Shown one piece after another: positions 60,723 through 60,981 of a stretch of 60,981 nt of DNA. The notes beneath the pieces were generated by a model. The model did no database searches. It was not told the origin of the DNA and worked only from the letters and a program-made list of their open reading frames with translations. This DNA comes from an uncultured Gallionellaceae bacterium (GTDB taxonomy: Bacteria > Pseudomonadota > Gammaproteobacteria > Burkholderiales > Gallionellaceae): assembly GCA_903876625.1 (NCBI GenBank), contig CAIRAO010000330.1, positions 1 through 60,981 on the forward strand. Direction: 5' to 3'. Positions within the stretch are counted from its first letter, which is position 1; the number at the start of each line of letters is the position of its first letter. Both the position numbers and the translations under genes were made by a program.

Positions 60723-60981
60723 TTAGCGGGGTTTTTTTATTATCTTTTCATTTTCAAATTCAAGAAATGAAGTCTTTAATTTTGCAAATGCTTTATCAGC
60801 CTCGGCTTGTGAAAATATTACAGGTTTATCAGCTATTTTATTAGCCAATATTTGTTGAATCGTATCGCCAATATGATAAATAGTATTAATTGAATTATCG
60901 GTCAACTCATTTATAGTTTGAAGTTTCTTTTCAAGCGAAATTTCAGGCTTTGCATTTGCTGCTTCAATACCTTGCCTAAAC
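60723..60981 (-). CDS. Hypothetical protein; the 5' end runs off the window edge
   Basis: The reading frame stays open from the window edge to the stop at 60723-60725 (...FRQGIEAANAKPEISLEKKLQTINELTDNSINTIY...IIKKPR). AT-rich with no recognisable motif. Confidence 0.4.
   Translation of the reverse strand, partial: FRQGIEAANAKPEISLEKKLQTINELTDNSINTIYHIGDTIQQILANKIADKPVIFSQAEADKAFAKLKTSFLEFENEKIIKKPR

Overview
This 61-kb chromosomal segment has gene content and synteny typical of a moderate-GC betaproteobacterium. The synteny blocks are pilMNOPQ-aroK/aroB-dgt, gltBD, hemE/priA, thiD-thiE-hemL-engB, and gcvTHP behind a tandem glycine riboswitch. A Nitrosomonadales- or Methylophilales-like assignment is only an inference. 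About 55 protein genes are supported and most are ordinary housekeeping genes. I saw no rRNA, tRNA, CRISPR array, transposase, integrase or prophage. All product calls come from motif and family recognition by eye; no BLAST, HMM or Rfam search could be run.

The standout locus is a family 2A encapsulin nanocompartment system at about 53.6-58.2 kb. It runs rhodanese, long-form serine O-acetyltransferase, a small XRE regulator, a 249-bp REP-filled spacer, an HK97-type shell protein, and a SufS-like cysteine desulfurase. The desulfurase carries a roughly 185-aa disordered N-terminal cargo-loading extension containing IERLANELF.

Other loci worth a second look:
- A truncated haemoglobin N, Fd-FNR reductase and HPP cluster with an NsrR-like operator (0.9-3.3 kb).
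- An orphan plus-strand intrinsic terminator preceded by C/U-rich hairpins between hemB and engB, which is a candidate anti-Shine-Dalgarno sRNA.
- Three consensus DnaA boxes within 35 bp, next to an AT-rich tract between priA and hemE.
- An in-frame aroK-aroB fusion.
- A Big_1-type Ig-repeat lipoprotein with atypical codon usage.
- A 59-aa two-TM ORF that falls below the ORF-track cutoff.
- A decayed cytochrome c' gene.
- A pseudouridine-synthase paralogue lacking the catalytic Asp.
- At least four sequence classes of REP-like palindromes in intergenic regions.
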